From contig JAQGDQ010002368.1 in NCBI GenBank assembly GCA_030141605.1, positions 1 to 64,000 of the forward strand: a DNA stretch of 64,000 bases, read 5' to 3'. The stretch's first letter is position 1. Each line of letters begins with the position of its first letter. The notes under the pieces are model-generated. The model was not told the origin of the DNA and did not search any database. It worked only from the letters and a program-made list of their open reading frames with translations. A program made the translations under genes and the position numbers. Origin of the DNA: Tubiluchus corallicola. Lineage: Eukaryota; Animalia; Priapulida. This document shows, piece after piece, positions 33,202 to 45,463 of this stretch.

Positions 33202-33312
33202 GTAAACACAGCAACAAGCCCGGGAGAGCAGTACGAGAAATCTTGGAGTGTTTAGGTCAACCGTAACTGCTGCTATGGTAACCGTGGCCACAACAAATAC
33301 GCAAAGTAAACA
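33202..33312 (+). promoter_or_regulatory. RFX X-box flanked by two forkhead (FOXJ1-type) motifs in the ENKUR promoter
   Basis: GCTGCTATGGTAAC at 33269-33282 fits the X-box consensus RYYNYYATRRNRAC. GTAAACA occurs at 33202 and 33306. The X-box is ~140 bp upstream of a ciliary gene ATG. Confidence 0.7.
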
Positions 33313-33420
33313 TCATTGCGTTCAAGAAAATTGTGCTTACGGAACGTCTTTATTGTGCTATGTTTCTTCTAAAATTGATTATACTTTCTTAAATTCATTT
33401 TTATACTTGTGTCAGCGGCC

Positions 33421-36400
33421 ATGACAATGTTTATGAGATACCAGCAGCAGCCAGTGCCTTCCGAAACCATTTACAATCTTATCAATGTGCCTGATGTCAG
33501 TTTAGCTGAGGGATCAGACAATAATTTAAAGTTTCCAAAAACTAGGTACTGTACTCTTATTTGGTTACAGTAAAATATTTATTCGAAGTCGAATGATATA
33601 TTTAATTATTTTTGTAATTTTTAATTATAGATTAATTGGCCACCCTAGTAGTGCCGTACATGCTATTATTGCAAGCAACAATGGCACTAGAACCAGAGTG
33701 GCGTATGCAAGTTTCAAGGTATATTCTAGCTTCACCCGGACTGCATCTACTTTGTTTTATTTTAGTACACCTAAGATAGAAGGTTTTACAATGTAAAGCA
33801 ACAATACAAAATAAAAATCCCCATCGAATTGCTTCAACATCACCTTAGAATAATGTTTCAATGTGTTCGTCAATTCTAGATTATTAGCAATCTAAACACA
33901 CAAATTACAATGCAGTTCCAGAAAATTCAAAGTACTATGTTGTGACTTAAAGGTAAATTAATATTTCAATAAGTTAATACCTCTAATAAGTTTAATTAAT
34001 ACTTAAAAATTAATTTACTAGTTAAGAAAACAAGAAATAGAAGATAATGGGTAATTATTAACTATATAGTTAATAGTTTTATTCATTATCTCTGCTCTTA
34101 TAATTAAGTACTGCTAATTAAATATGCAAATTATACTATTGGTTTTTTATTTAAGGTATACGTCAAAGTTTCATTCAGATGTACTCAAAGAAGAAAAGGC
34201 GAACAAAAAACCCCATGCTTTTCTAGGACTTGCAGAAATACCTAAGCCTCGGCCAACAGAGTTTATAACAAAAAGATCAGGAGAATTCAAGTTACCAGAG
34301 AGTATGCAACTTTAGTTGTATTCATACAACTGTATACGTAAAGTGTATATACTTCTAGTTGTATATAAAATTTGAGTTTTTTTAGAAGCAGTTGCATATA
34401 TACGTGCAATGCAAATTCTAGGTGGCATTATTAGCCTGTAGTTTTTAAATCTATGTTTTTATAGAATTTTATTGGAATTGAAATTCTGATTTCATATTGT
34501 GCCAATTAGAATGAACAAGTTGTTGTGATTTGCAGAAAAGCCATTCAAATATCCTGACGAAGACAAAAAAAAACCAGCAGTTCCTAAACATGGCGAAAGA
34601 CCCACAATAAAGGAGCCATCAAACACAAACTTTATAACGACAAATGCTGTAAAAAACATAGCGTCTGTTCCAAAGAAGCCAATGCCAAAGTTTGTTGATT
34701 CTCCATCTGGGACAACATTTCCACTAGAGTCATCAGGCCTGACACCAAAGTATTCAAAGAAAAAGGTAAACTATTTGATATGAAATGTTTTAGTCTATTC
34801 TAAAGAATGCAATTAAAGTTTAAATATATAAAAATTCAGTTCACTGCTTAACTTCCGCAGCATTCTGAGTAGTGATAGGCTGGGCTGTTTGGTGATCGGG
34901 CGGACGATCAGTAGTGTTTGATTATGATTAGTGAACAAGTTCTGATCAGGGCTGGATTATGACCTTGTGGGGTCCCTAGGCTAATGAAATTATGGGCCTC
35001 CTCAGACAGAGCCATTCTCTAACTTCAGTAAAGAGCTTCTAACAGTAGCTTCTTATCTGAAATAAAGGGCCTCAAATAAGGGCCTTTTATTTCAAATAAA
35101 CGTCCTCAGGCCTTTATCTCAAATAAGAGGCCACAAGCAAGGGCCGCTTTTTTAAAATTGGGTTTTCGGACTCCCGGGCCTCCTTTTTTAAAGGTGAAAT
35201 TGTGTTTTAAGTTAACTGATTATTCACCAATTGATGCAAAGTATTATATTGATTTTTCAAAAAAAATTATATTTGAAAATCTTTTAAAAGGGCCTTCCAA
35301 GCTTTTGGTTCCAAGGTTGAGTGGCCGTAGGCTGTAGTCTATACTAGCCTATTCGATAATCGGGCCCTCTCTCTCTCTCGTTATATATATATATACATGC
35401 CTACAACTATTTACCACTATTGAAATTATTATTTTAGGATTATGGAAAAGTGCCAGAATATTTAACAAAGCGCCAAATGGAAATGCAAAGAGCACAAGAA
35501 GAATATGAGGAGTACATCAAAGAATGTCAAGCCAGAGGTGCCATGAAGCAAGTGACTCAGGAAGAACGTGCAGATATTCTTATTGGATTAAAGGTGACTT
35601 ATAATGCTGTTCGAGCTTTCTTCTTTCTTGAACTTATTTAGTAAACTCTGATTAATAGTTTGGTGAGCTTACATAATTATTTTTTCTTTTCCACAACTTC
35701 TGGCTGCTGGTATTTGTTTGCAAAATGCGTGTGCTCGAGGTATAGTTGATTAAAATGAAAGTCAACACTTAAACATTATCATTTGACGTATGAGTTTGAG
35801 ACAATTTAGATAAATATGGGCATTCTATTATAAGTTGCAGATGTTATTTGCATACAAGGGTCAATATTATTACTTTTATGTAAATAGATTGGGAAATATA
35901 TAAATTAACCATCGTAGATTGATAGCTTATGTCATTATAGCTTTCATGATTATTGTTTAAATATGTGGTTGGGGATCTCATCGACGAGAACACACTCTGC
36001 AAATCAATATGCTCAGTTGGGAGTACGATGGATTTTAGCTTTTAGGATAAAATTGTTTGACTGTTTCAGCTTTATTATTAATGGTGAGAAGTATTACAGG
36101 TACAGAAAATTGAGAAAAATTAAGGATAAATGGCATCGAAGGATCTTATAGCAGTTTTTTGGGAGTAGCTTAATGCCTTCTCTCGAAGTCTGTCCACATT
36201 TTCACTTTTCAGACAAATTAGTATTGCCATAACTGACGATTGGATAGTTAAATATAAAGCAAATCCCATATTGTTTACCTCAGCACAAAAGAATGCAGAA
36301 GACAAATTTTCTAATGCTTTGCTGAAGCATTTCATTAGGTGAAACATACAATTCCATATTCAAAAGTGATTATTTTTTAATATTCAAAAGTGATTATTTT

Positions 36401-36684
36401 TTAATAAACTGCCTATTAATTGCATTACGATCGAGATCAGTATAAGATTTTGAAATCGTCAGTTTACATAGTAGAAATATGTTTAAACTGTAAATCAATA
36501 AGTACTTATTTGCTTTTAGAAAAATTGGGAAACACTGCTTAGTCAGTATCAAGGTCTTTCAGTCGTCACGGATACAGTTCCAAAAAGGCTGAGGAAACAA
36601 AGACTTGAAGATGAAATGAAACAGTTGGAGAATGACATTGCCCTATTAGAAAAACATAGGACAATTTACATTGCTGACAAGTAA
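33421..36684 (+). CDS. ENKUR: Enkurin (axonemal microtubule inner protein)
   Basis: Exons 33421-33545 (ETIYNLI), 34156-34301 (RYTSKF), 34536-34765 (KPAVP...NFITTNA...SGLTPKY), 35438-35593 (DYGKVPEYL...EER..IL.GLK) and 36520-36684 (KNWE...YQGLSVVTDT...LE.EMKQLENDI...IYI). Confidence 0.93.
34947..35369. mobile_element. hAT-like MITE in an ENKUR intron
   Basis: TIR-like ends CAGGGCTGGATTAT...ATAATCGGGCCCT and internal GGGCC-rich subterminal motifs. No clear TSD. Confidence 0.6.
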
Positions 36685-37606
36685 ATCTCGCCACCCTGTT
36701 TCCATAAAATTTCTTGTGTACGTGTATTATGAAGCCATATTCACTCAAGTATAACATTAAAGCTACTTGTGTTCTTTATAAACTTTGTAACTATAATATA
36801 TCTTATCTTTCTCATTTCCTTCGTATGAAATGCAGTGAATAAATATGCAACTGTGTTGCTGTGCACATATGACATCATAATAATTACTTTGCTAGATAGA
36901 CTCTGCTGATCATAATAAAGCATTTACTCCTTTTTTCATCAATACATGTTAAAGTTTGAATTAACAAGAGTTTGTATTCAACACTGGTGGTCGTTCTAAT
37001 TATGCAAGATGGAAATGTTTACATATAATATTATTAGTTCAGTTGTTATAATAAACTAAGTATCACATATAAAGTGTTAGGAGAACTGGGTTACTATTTT
37101 CATCAAAAATCTGGATTTTGTTGGATTAGGAGATAATCAAAATAATCGCTACTTCAATCACATCTTCCATTCGACATTGTTAACATGCCTGTGCAATACT
37201 TTAGATACATACATAGAATGTATGTCTGCAAATATATTTCAGCCCACAAGGCGATTTTTGATATTTAAAGATAACACATTCCTTGGTGAAAAGAGCTATG
37301 GCTAACTGTGACTTGTTTAATAAGAGTTTATTAAATAATCGTAGCAAAGTGTATTGACAACTTTTGATAATGGCAATCAGTATGAATTCATGGTCTAACA
37401 TGTAACACGAGTTTTAATCATAGTAGACGAAAGCAATAGTACAAATTTAAGGAATTAACCTTCTAAATGAGAAAACGTTATTAAAAAATCATTTATGACA
37501 AATTTGATTTTCCAATCTGTCGTGCCAACAATTTCAGCCAAAATTTCCAACACATTAAGCCTTAATTTATTTTAGTGTATTACAGTAACAGTCTGCGAGC
37601 ACACGA

Positions 37607-38650
37607 TCTTTCAGTCATCATGGATACAGTCCCAAACAGTCTGAAGAAACAGATTTGAAATGAGACAGTTAGAGATCGACAACACCCTAACAGAAAAACG
37701 ACAATTTTTATCAATTGCTGACAAGTCAAGATTTCTGTAGTATTATGAAATCACATTCACTTAAACATAATATGAAAGCTATTTGTGTTCTTCATGTTTG
37801 AACTTTGAAATTATAATGTATCTCGTCTTTCTCACGTCCTTTTTTGTAAAGTGCTGTGCAAACTTAACTTTGCTGCTGTGCATAAAGTGTGAATGGCATA
37901 ATATTACCTTTGCTAGATAGAGTCTGCTTATTATAAAACAGAAGTTGCTCAAAAAATTTTTATCATCAATGTTCATACTTGTTAAAGTTTGAACGAATCA
38001 GGCTTAGTATCCAATATATGTGTGATTACTCCTATTATATGAGATGGAAATATTAACTTATGACACTAATAACTGAGTTGTTACATTAAACCAAGTATTG
38101 CGAACTGAGTTACTGTTCAGTTACAGGCTGTTCTTCAGAAATCTTCATATTTTTCTAAATCTGATGAACTTAATAATCAATATTTTAATCAATTTAGTTC
38201 TTCAATTCTGCACAATAACATTAATGTGCCCGCATAATACACTAGATACATATTTAGGTGCAGAGAATGCATTTCCACGTTTCAGCCTATAAGACAATCT
38301 CTAGCACTTAAGACTCAACACACATGATTACAGAGAAGCATGGCCAGCCATAACTTGTTTAATAAGAGTTTATTTAATAATGGGAGCAAAGTGTATAGAC
38401 AACACATAAAATCTTTGATAATGGCAATCGATATAAAGTCGCATTACAATATGCAACCTTAAATAAAGAATCACCTGATGGAAGAGTATATAGTACAAAT
38501 CCAAGGAATTATCCCTCAAAAGAAGAATACTTAATGATAAAACATTATAAAAAATTTGTCGGGCCACCAATTTAAGACTAAATTTTAATTTCCAACATGT
38601 CCAGCCCTTTTTCAGTTTGACGTGTTACTTTAACTGTCCGTAAGCACAGG
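37607..38650 (+). pseudogene. Degenerate tandem duplicate of the ENKUR last exon and downstream/3'UTR sequence
   Basis: TCTTTCAGTCATCATGGATACAGTCCCAAA matches 36555 onward, and collinear similarity continues for ~1.05 kb. The coding part is frameshifted. Confidence 0.85.
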
Positions 38651-41156
38651 GCTACAAAAATTTATTCAATATTTAACTTATGATCAGAATGGAATTAAAA
38701 CACACGTATAATTTAGCTTCAATGTACTTTCAGACCGATGAAAGTTAAAACATAACTACAGTCTCATATTTTACATCGGTCATTTGTTGACGTACAATAA
38801 GAAAAGTTTAGCTTCTAAGTCACCAAGTGTAGAGTGGTTCACCATACGTTTTTAAATGCTTGTCAAGTTTAAGGAATCTTATTAATTCAATAAATGCCCA
38901 TATTAACATCACAGAAGCATTTGTATTAAATATGAGTATATGACTGGATTTCTAATTAAGTCAGTCTACAGAAATTGTCAAAAGCAAAAAATTAACAGCA
39001 CAGCACAACCAAACTACCACAACCCCAAACAACAACTACGTATCGTAAAAAATAAGCAATCCCACAAAAAACCGAAATATCTTATCCTTATTTTTTAAAT
39101 TATAGCACAATAATTTTAAAAGGTTAAATTAGTAAACTGGCAGTAGTGCCCAGTAAGCAAGAGTACTACTTATGATAACGAATAAGTCAGAAATAGAGCC
39201 TATACATGGCATTTTTGACTTTGGATATCTATCTATCATTTCTTCTCAAACTACAACTTCGAAATTTTATACATACATCAAAGACATATTTTAACATAAG
39301 TATTAGTGTTAACGTATTTTAATGGTTGGACGGATGGGCTATGATACCCTCTTCGGAAATAGGTGAGGTATCATAACAGCACTTCAGTGACAAGATCTAC
39401 ATCTGACTACTCAGGACACTTGCACTAATTACACCTAATATTCAACAGACTACATTTTCTCAATGGTAGCTACACTAGTATCCATTAGTTTAACAAAACT
39501 AACAAAATTAGTGGATTTGTAATCTATACTGTAAACATTTTGGCATAGTACACTGTGACAAGGTAAAAATTACAACTGGACCAGGTTTAGACCCTTTGAT
39601 TCGTAAAGCATTAATTTCCCTAAGAGAAATCAATGTAAATCTGATGAAAAAAATCAATAGTTTCTGTTCCTAACAGAAAGCAGCAAAAAAGTAAAATTGT
39701 CAAAAGCTCGTCTGTGATGCCAGGTCAGAGACTTGCAATTGCTTCCTTATGAATAAAACTATTGTGCACAGAAGTTAATACTGTTAAATTCCTAAAAACA
39801 ATCTAGTAGTGAAAAAAGTTTCAATGATTATGATAAGAAACAAAATAATTATTTTCTTAAAGAGAAGAGAAATTTTGACTTCCTTATAATTCCTAATAAT
39901 TTATGCCACGTTTTATTTTTATGTATAAATTAATAATCCAACTGGAACCTGAACATTACAAATATCTTTCCCATTAAGATGCTGAAAGTATTCTCACATC
40001 TACGGTACTGTGTACAATCCATGATAAATCAATACAACGTTAAGAGCATATACCCTCAGAGTTTTAAAAAAGATGCCTTTTGTAATTGCAATATAAAACG
40101 TTATATAAATTTTCACCGTGACTATTCACTAAAGGTACAAACGTATGTGGATGTATTGGCTCGTGTCAAACTGCCTCTATTGTCATTTGAAACGTGTCAA
40201 TCATGTACTGAAACATTAATTTATTTTTTTCAAAACAACTTTAATGTACTAAAGCCTAAAGGCAGATCCAAAAAAGCTACTCTCTAGCATAAAACAACAC
40301 ATTCCTAATACTTGCATAACTAATATTTGTTTAGCTAATACCAAACAACTTTAATATCAGATAACAATTTGTGTTAACTGACATGTACTTAAGTAGCTAC
40401 AACACTTTGCATTTGTACTATCTGACCCCTCCAGTAGAACAACTTACTTATAAGTAACTTATCATCTGTGGTAGAACAAATTCACTACAGACCAATAATA
40501 TTCAAAATGTTAAAATATTTATAAAAGTAGGTAACACATTTTATATATATATTTATATATAATATTACATGGTAGCATTTCATTTACAACCTGCTTGTAT
40601 GCAAATTAACTGCTCCGCAAGTATATTTACACAAACGTAGTGCATATAAATAAGAAAAAGTGATATAAAGGGCAAATCTTACTAGGGCACAGTCATTTAT
40701 TACATAGTGCCAATCACTAGTTATGTTACTGTCAGTTGCCTTTAAGTACTCACATTTAAGTACAGCTGATTAATACACTATGCTCTTGGTATAAATTAAA
40801 ATGCCTGTTAAAAGTAATATTATAGACTACAAGGAAGACACAGAGCATTCGCAACATTATAATATCATAGCTATACACTGTAAAGATTGTATAACAAATA
40901 ACTAGCTACAAATAGCACAATAACAAGCCACACAGTAATCCTTTCACAACTTATTACCTTAAGCAATAACAGGAATGTTTTAGCGGAGATCACTGGTTCA
41001 TTTGCATACAACAGGGAAATGATAACTATGTACTACGTACTTACTAGCTAACCTATTAGAATCTCAATGGCACACTGAACGTGACGGATAATGTAGATAA
41101 GCTAGAAAGAGACGTGACGACAAAATACCTGAACTGCAGTTCTGAAAGTCTGGATG

Positions 41157-44100
41157 CTAGATTCGCTGTGAAATAATGAAGTTATGAGACTGCTGCTGCA
41201 ATTTGGCATTATAGCATTTCACACAGAGAAATTCCATATCTTCATTTCCCAAAGCATTACAGCCACGTGTTTTGCAAATCTGCTGTACAAAACGTGCAGT
41301 CCGCTGTATGTCTCTGCACAAAGGTTCTCCGTGAGTAGAGCGATGCAATATTGGAGAAGCAGCGCGTTGAGAAAGGGGTAAACTTTGTCCGCTGACAGGT
41401 TTAACGCTAGTATGTGCATCTTTAACTGTCACTATAATTTTTCCTAAATCTACGTTCTCAGATTTTGTCTTAAGCAGTGGAGATGGTTTGCTTGTGTAAG
41501 CAGAATTACTCTTTGGCAATGTTTTAAGTTTCACTATGTGACCATTATCTCCTGTACCATTTGACGAGATTTCCTGACTTCTCTCAGGTTTGATTACAGT
41601 GGCTGGTGAGCTAGCATCAACAGTTGAAAGGTCACCTAGTTTACCGCTAGCACTGCCTGGCCTAACAGTCATAGTCTCAGCTTTGCTGTTATCAAGTTCA
41701 TCTTTTAAGACTGTCAATGCAGCTTCTTGCAGGGATGGCAGAGGTACCGATTCGGTGCTGCTTTGTCTTGATTCAGTAAAGTTATACGGTTTTCGCTCAC
41801 AATACTCCACCTCTGTATAAAATTTCGATTTACCTGCCATAAATTTTGGTAACGTGTTAGCTTTCTGCCGCGCACGGTCTAACGAAGCTGCATGTTCCTT
41901 CTGCTTTGCAAAGCACTTGCTACACAAATAGTTCGTGGTTACTGTTCCAAAAAGAGTGCACCCAGCATTAACACACTGCACTGGATAAGAATTTCCTCTC
42001 TTCAACTGCTGTTCTTCAACCGCTTTTTTCTCAACAAGAAATCTCTCCCGAGCTGAATGCAGGTAGTTTCGAATCATCTCGTCTTGATACTCAAAGTGTT
42101 TCTCTGTGCATATGCGTGCAGATAACACATAAAATCCTGGTTGTAAGCCATCCAGCTCCTGTCCAGAGGGACTCAAAGCCGCAGCACATTTTTTGCGCTG
42201 TATGTGCTGTGACGACTTGGTTTCTTCTTTTGGGTCGCCTTTTGTTTCTCTCTGTTTGTTCTTTTTATTAAAGCTGAAGTTACGCTTGAACTTTTTACTG
42301 AGTGAGCGGCCAAGACTGCCAAACTGTTTGGCAACAGAGTTTCCCTGTTTTGTAGATGGTAGAGATACAACAGGAGTACTTCCAGTACTAGACGCAGTGC
42401 TTGTTGTGCTGGGTGCTTCTTCAGATTCGAAAGAGCCCATACTTGATTTGCGATCACATACTCCATTTTCCACATCATCAGCAACAGGTATAGCTCCTGG
42501 AACGGGTAGTTTAACAACATCCAAATAGCTGAAAGAACAAAAATAAACAATTTGAAAGGCTATGTGCATTTTATTATACTTATAATTCAACAGTAGCAGT
42601 CTACTGGTGCAATAACTAAAGAAAGACACACTACCTTTACTTACAACGTGTGTGAAATATTCCACTTTTCAGCACAATACAAATTTGCACAAAAACAGTG
42701 GCAAAATTAATTGCTATTTCACTTGCAAAGTTTACAATTTTAATACCATATCTCAAAAAATGCCAAAATGAGGTACGATTCTAGTGTGTCTACATGCCTT
42801 TTTATAGAGTCAACACAATCATCACTGATCAATTTTAAAATATTATATTACAGAACTGATGGAGACGGATTCAAAAACAATGAATACTACTATCTAAGTA
42901 ATACATGTTTTGCAAGATAATTTTAGCAAGTTAGAAGATAGTACTTAAACCTCTATCAACAATATATATATATATATGCGAGGCATTGTAGCTCAAAAAG
43001 TGTCTAATAAAATTTTGTTCAGCTAAAAACATGAAATTATGATGCCCAAATTTACAAATGACATACCTGTGTAGTAGATCTAGTTTTGCCTTCCTGTTCA
43101 AAGTATATTTTGAAGACTTCACTTCGGATTGATATTCCTTCCAGTTAATGCCATCGCCTGGATCAACGGCAAAATGAAGAGTTAACAGCTCCGAATCCTT
43201 ATTTGTTAATGGGATAACTACAGGTAATCGCGGCTGCTCAGGAGGTATATCCATGGTTACTAATGCAGAGAAGTGGGCAGCATCATAGCTTAAGACTAGA
43301 GGCCATTTGTGGCATTCGTTACTAATACACTCTAGCGGTAAATAAACACCGCCAAAATTGATGGGCGCAAATGCTTCACCAGTTGCATCTTTTAACATCG
43401 TGTCTGCAACAACTATAATTGGCCGATGTAAGACGTGAGCAAGAACAAAGACATGGAATTCTTCTAGGCTCTCATAAGTGACAGAGGAACCGGATGATGG
43501 TGTGTGGCCGGCAGTTCCGGTTTTAGATGCAGAACTGGTTTTCCGACAAGAACCTAGTCGAGGTTCAGTGGAAGCAAGCTTCAACATGCTCTCCCACTCT
43601 TCTTCCCACTCCGACTCGCAATACACCAATCCTGACTGTAGGTTCTGAATTGTCTGCTGTAATCGCCACCGACGATAAAATCCTGACATGTATTTTGGAT
43701 TCTGCAAGGTAGCATGTAAAGCTTTCCTAAGAGTGAGCAATCGATCATGGAAGCCCCACATGCCAAGCGAAGCAGCATGGAGTAAGCAATTTCCATCACC
43801 TGTTGTTACCAAGGGATATAATCTCTGACTAACACCAGCATCGGCCCACCAATTCAACTTTCCGGCTTGTTCTAACGATACTAGCGTCGAAGTTTCTATT
43901 AAATCTTTTTCTAGAAAGGCCCGAAAATCATCAGAGTAAACGGTAATGTCTGGAATAATAAACGTGTACACAGGACTTTCAACCAAATTATCTAAATTGG
44001 CTTCTTCGATATCTCGGGCAACTGCATTACGTGCTCTTGAAACCAACTTCACATTATCAACAGCTCTTGATATTCCCCGCGATAACTTTTTATTGGAGAA

Positions 44101-44379
44101 AAAATCATCATTGTCTACAATAAGGGATTTCCCAGGAAAAGCAAGTTCATCAGTTTCAACTTCGATCTCTTGCTCATTACTATCTTTAGACCCACCACGA
44201 GATGCAAGCTGCAATAATGTTAACTTGCGAGTTTCGCCACTCGAAGCACGTTCTGCATTCAACTGCTTGTACACTTTCAGAGCTGCTTCAGTGTCCCAGT
44301 TCTGTGCTTCTAGAAGATCACGTGCCAGTCCAGGATCGGCGCCAGTTTCTTCGACAAACTCCGACAAAAGGAGGTCCAT
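41157..44379 (-). CDS. OTUD7B: OTU deubiquitinase of the OTUD7A/B (Cezanne) group: UBA-like, OTU, two A20-type zinc fingers
   Basis: Exons 44379-43067 and 42528-41157. Motifs [58 protein letters not shown] and [10 protein letters not shown]; zinc fingers CVNAGC...CSKC and CKTRGC...CVKC. Confidence 0.93.
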
Positions 44380-44947
44380 GCTTCATCAACTGTAAATCTG
44401 TGAACATAAAAAATACCAAAAGATAAGTAGTTTTCTAAGTGGTTAAGTGTAAAATATGATTTAAGTAAGTGCATTATTACAAGTTTTCACAAAAGTTTCC
44501 AAGTTTAATATCTACATTTTAATTTTAAACTAGGCAAAAAAGTTAATGCAAAATATCGCTATGATGTTGTACAGTTGTACAGGCTAAATTTCATATTCGT
44601 ATCTGAATAAAGAGCAGTTATTAGTTAAGTTTCAACATTAATAGATACCACAGAGCCTATTGGGCACTAAGCTAAAGAACTAAACCTTGTACAATGAAAA
44701 AATCAAGTATATAATAGATTATGCATTTTTCGCCAATCAAGTTGCGAGAGTAAAATTAAATCAATTTTACTAATCAATTAATTAATCCAAACATGGAAAA
44801 AATATTCTAAGAAAATGACACATATATAACATAGCGCTTGTATTCGAAGCTAAACTTGCAAACAAACGTGTACTACAGCATACTGAAATGTCACCCAATT
44901 AGCTAACAATGCGCAATCTTGTTCATCGTAAACACAAGTTACATATA

Positions 44948-45463
44948 CAGTAGGCGCTGCTTAACAGACTCGCAGTTAATAGGCTCAATCGCTTAATTGA
45001 CTCAAAAACGCCTGGTACGGGCCGCTTCAATTCAAATTTACATAAAAAACTGTCGGTAATTGACTGAAATAACTCCGCATACTTGACTCAATATTTTTGC
45101 TTCACATGCTTCAATAAGACACTTTCGTGTGACTAATAAGCTTTTATGACTTTCATATCAGTTTCCTTTTGTCCTATAATATACATAGAAACAATCATGT
45201 TAAGTTCCATTTTGTTTGTAGGCAAGAACGTTTCTCATATGCTAATATGGTAGCCTAAAGGTTTGCTTTGACCCGCCCGTCCACTGCAATTAAGGCATTA
45301 CTTCGTTTCTAAAATTCATTAAAAACCTTTGCAGTACATACTAAGCCGGTGACTCATACTTCTATACCAGTAATACTACACCCATCGGTTAATAGTTTTA
45401 GTCAGTTTTAATTGGGTCAAAACATTTCGGTCCCAAAGTGAGTCTATTAAGCGACGTCTACTG
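44948..45463. mobile_element. Tc1/mariner (pogo/Tigger-type) MITE
   Basis: TA target duplications and 24-bp TIRs: CAGTAGGCGCTGCTTAACAGACTC versus the reverse complement of the right end, CAGTAGACGTCGCTTAATAGACTC. Confidence 0.85.
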
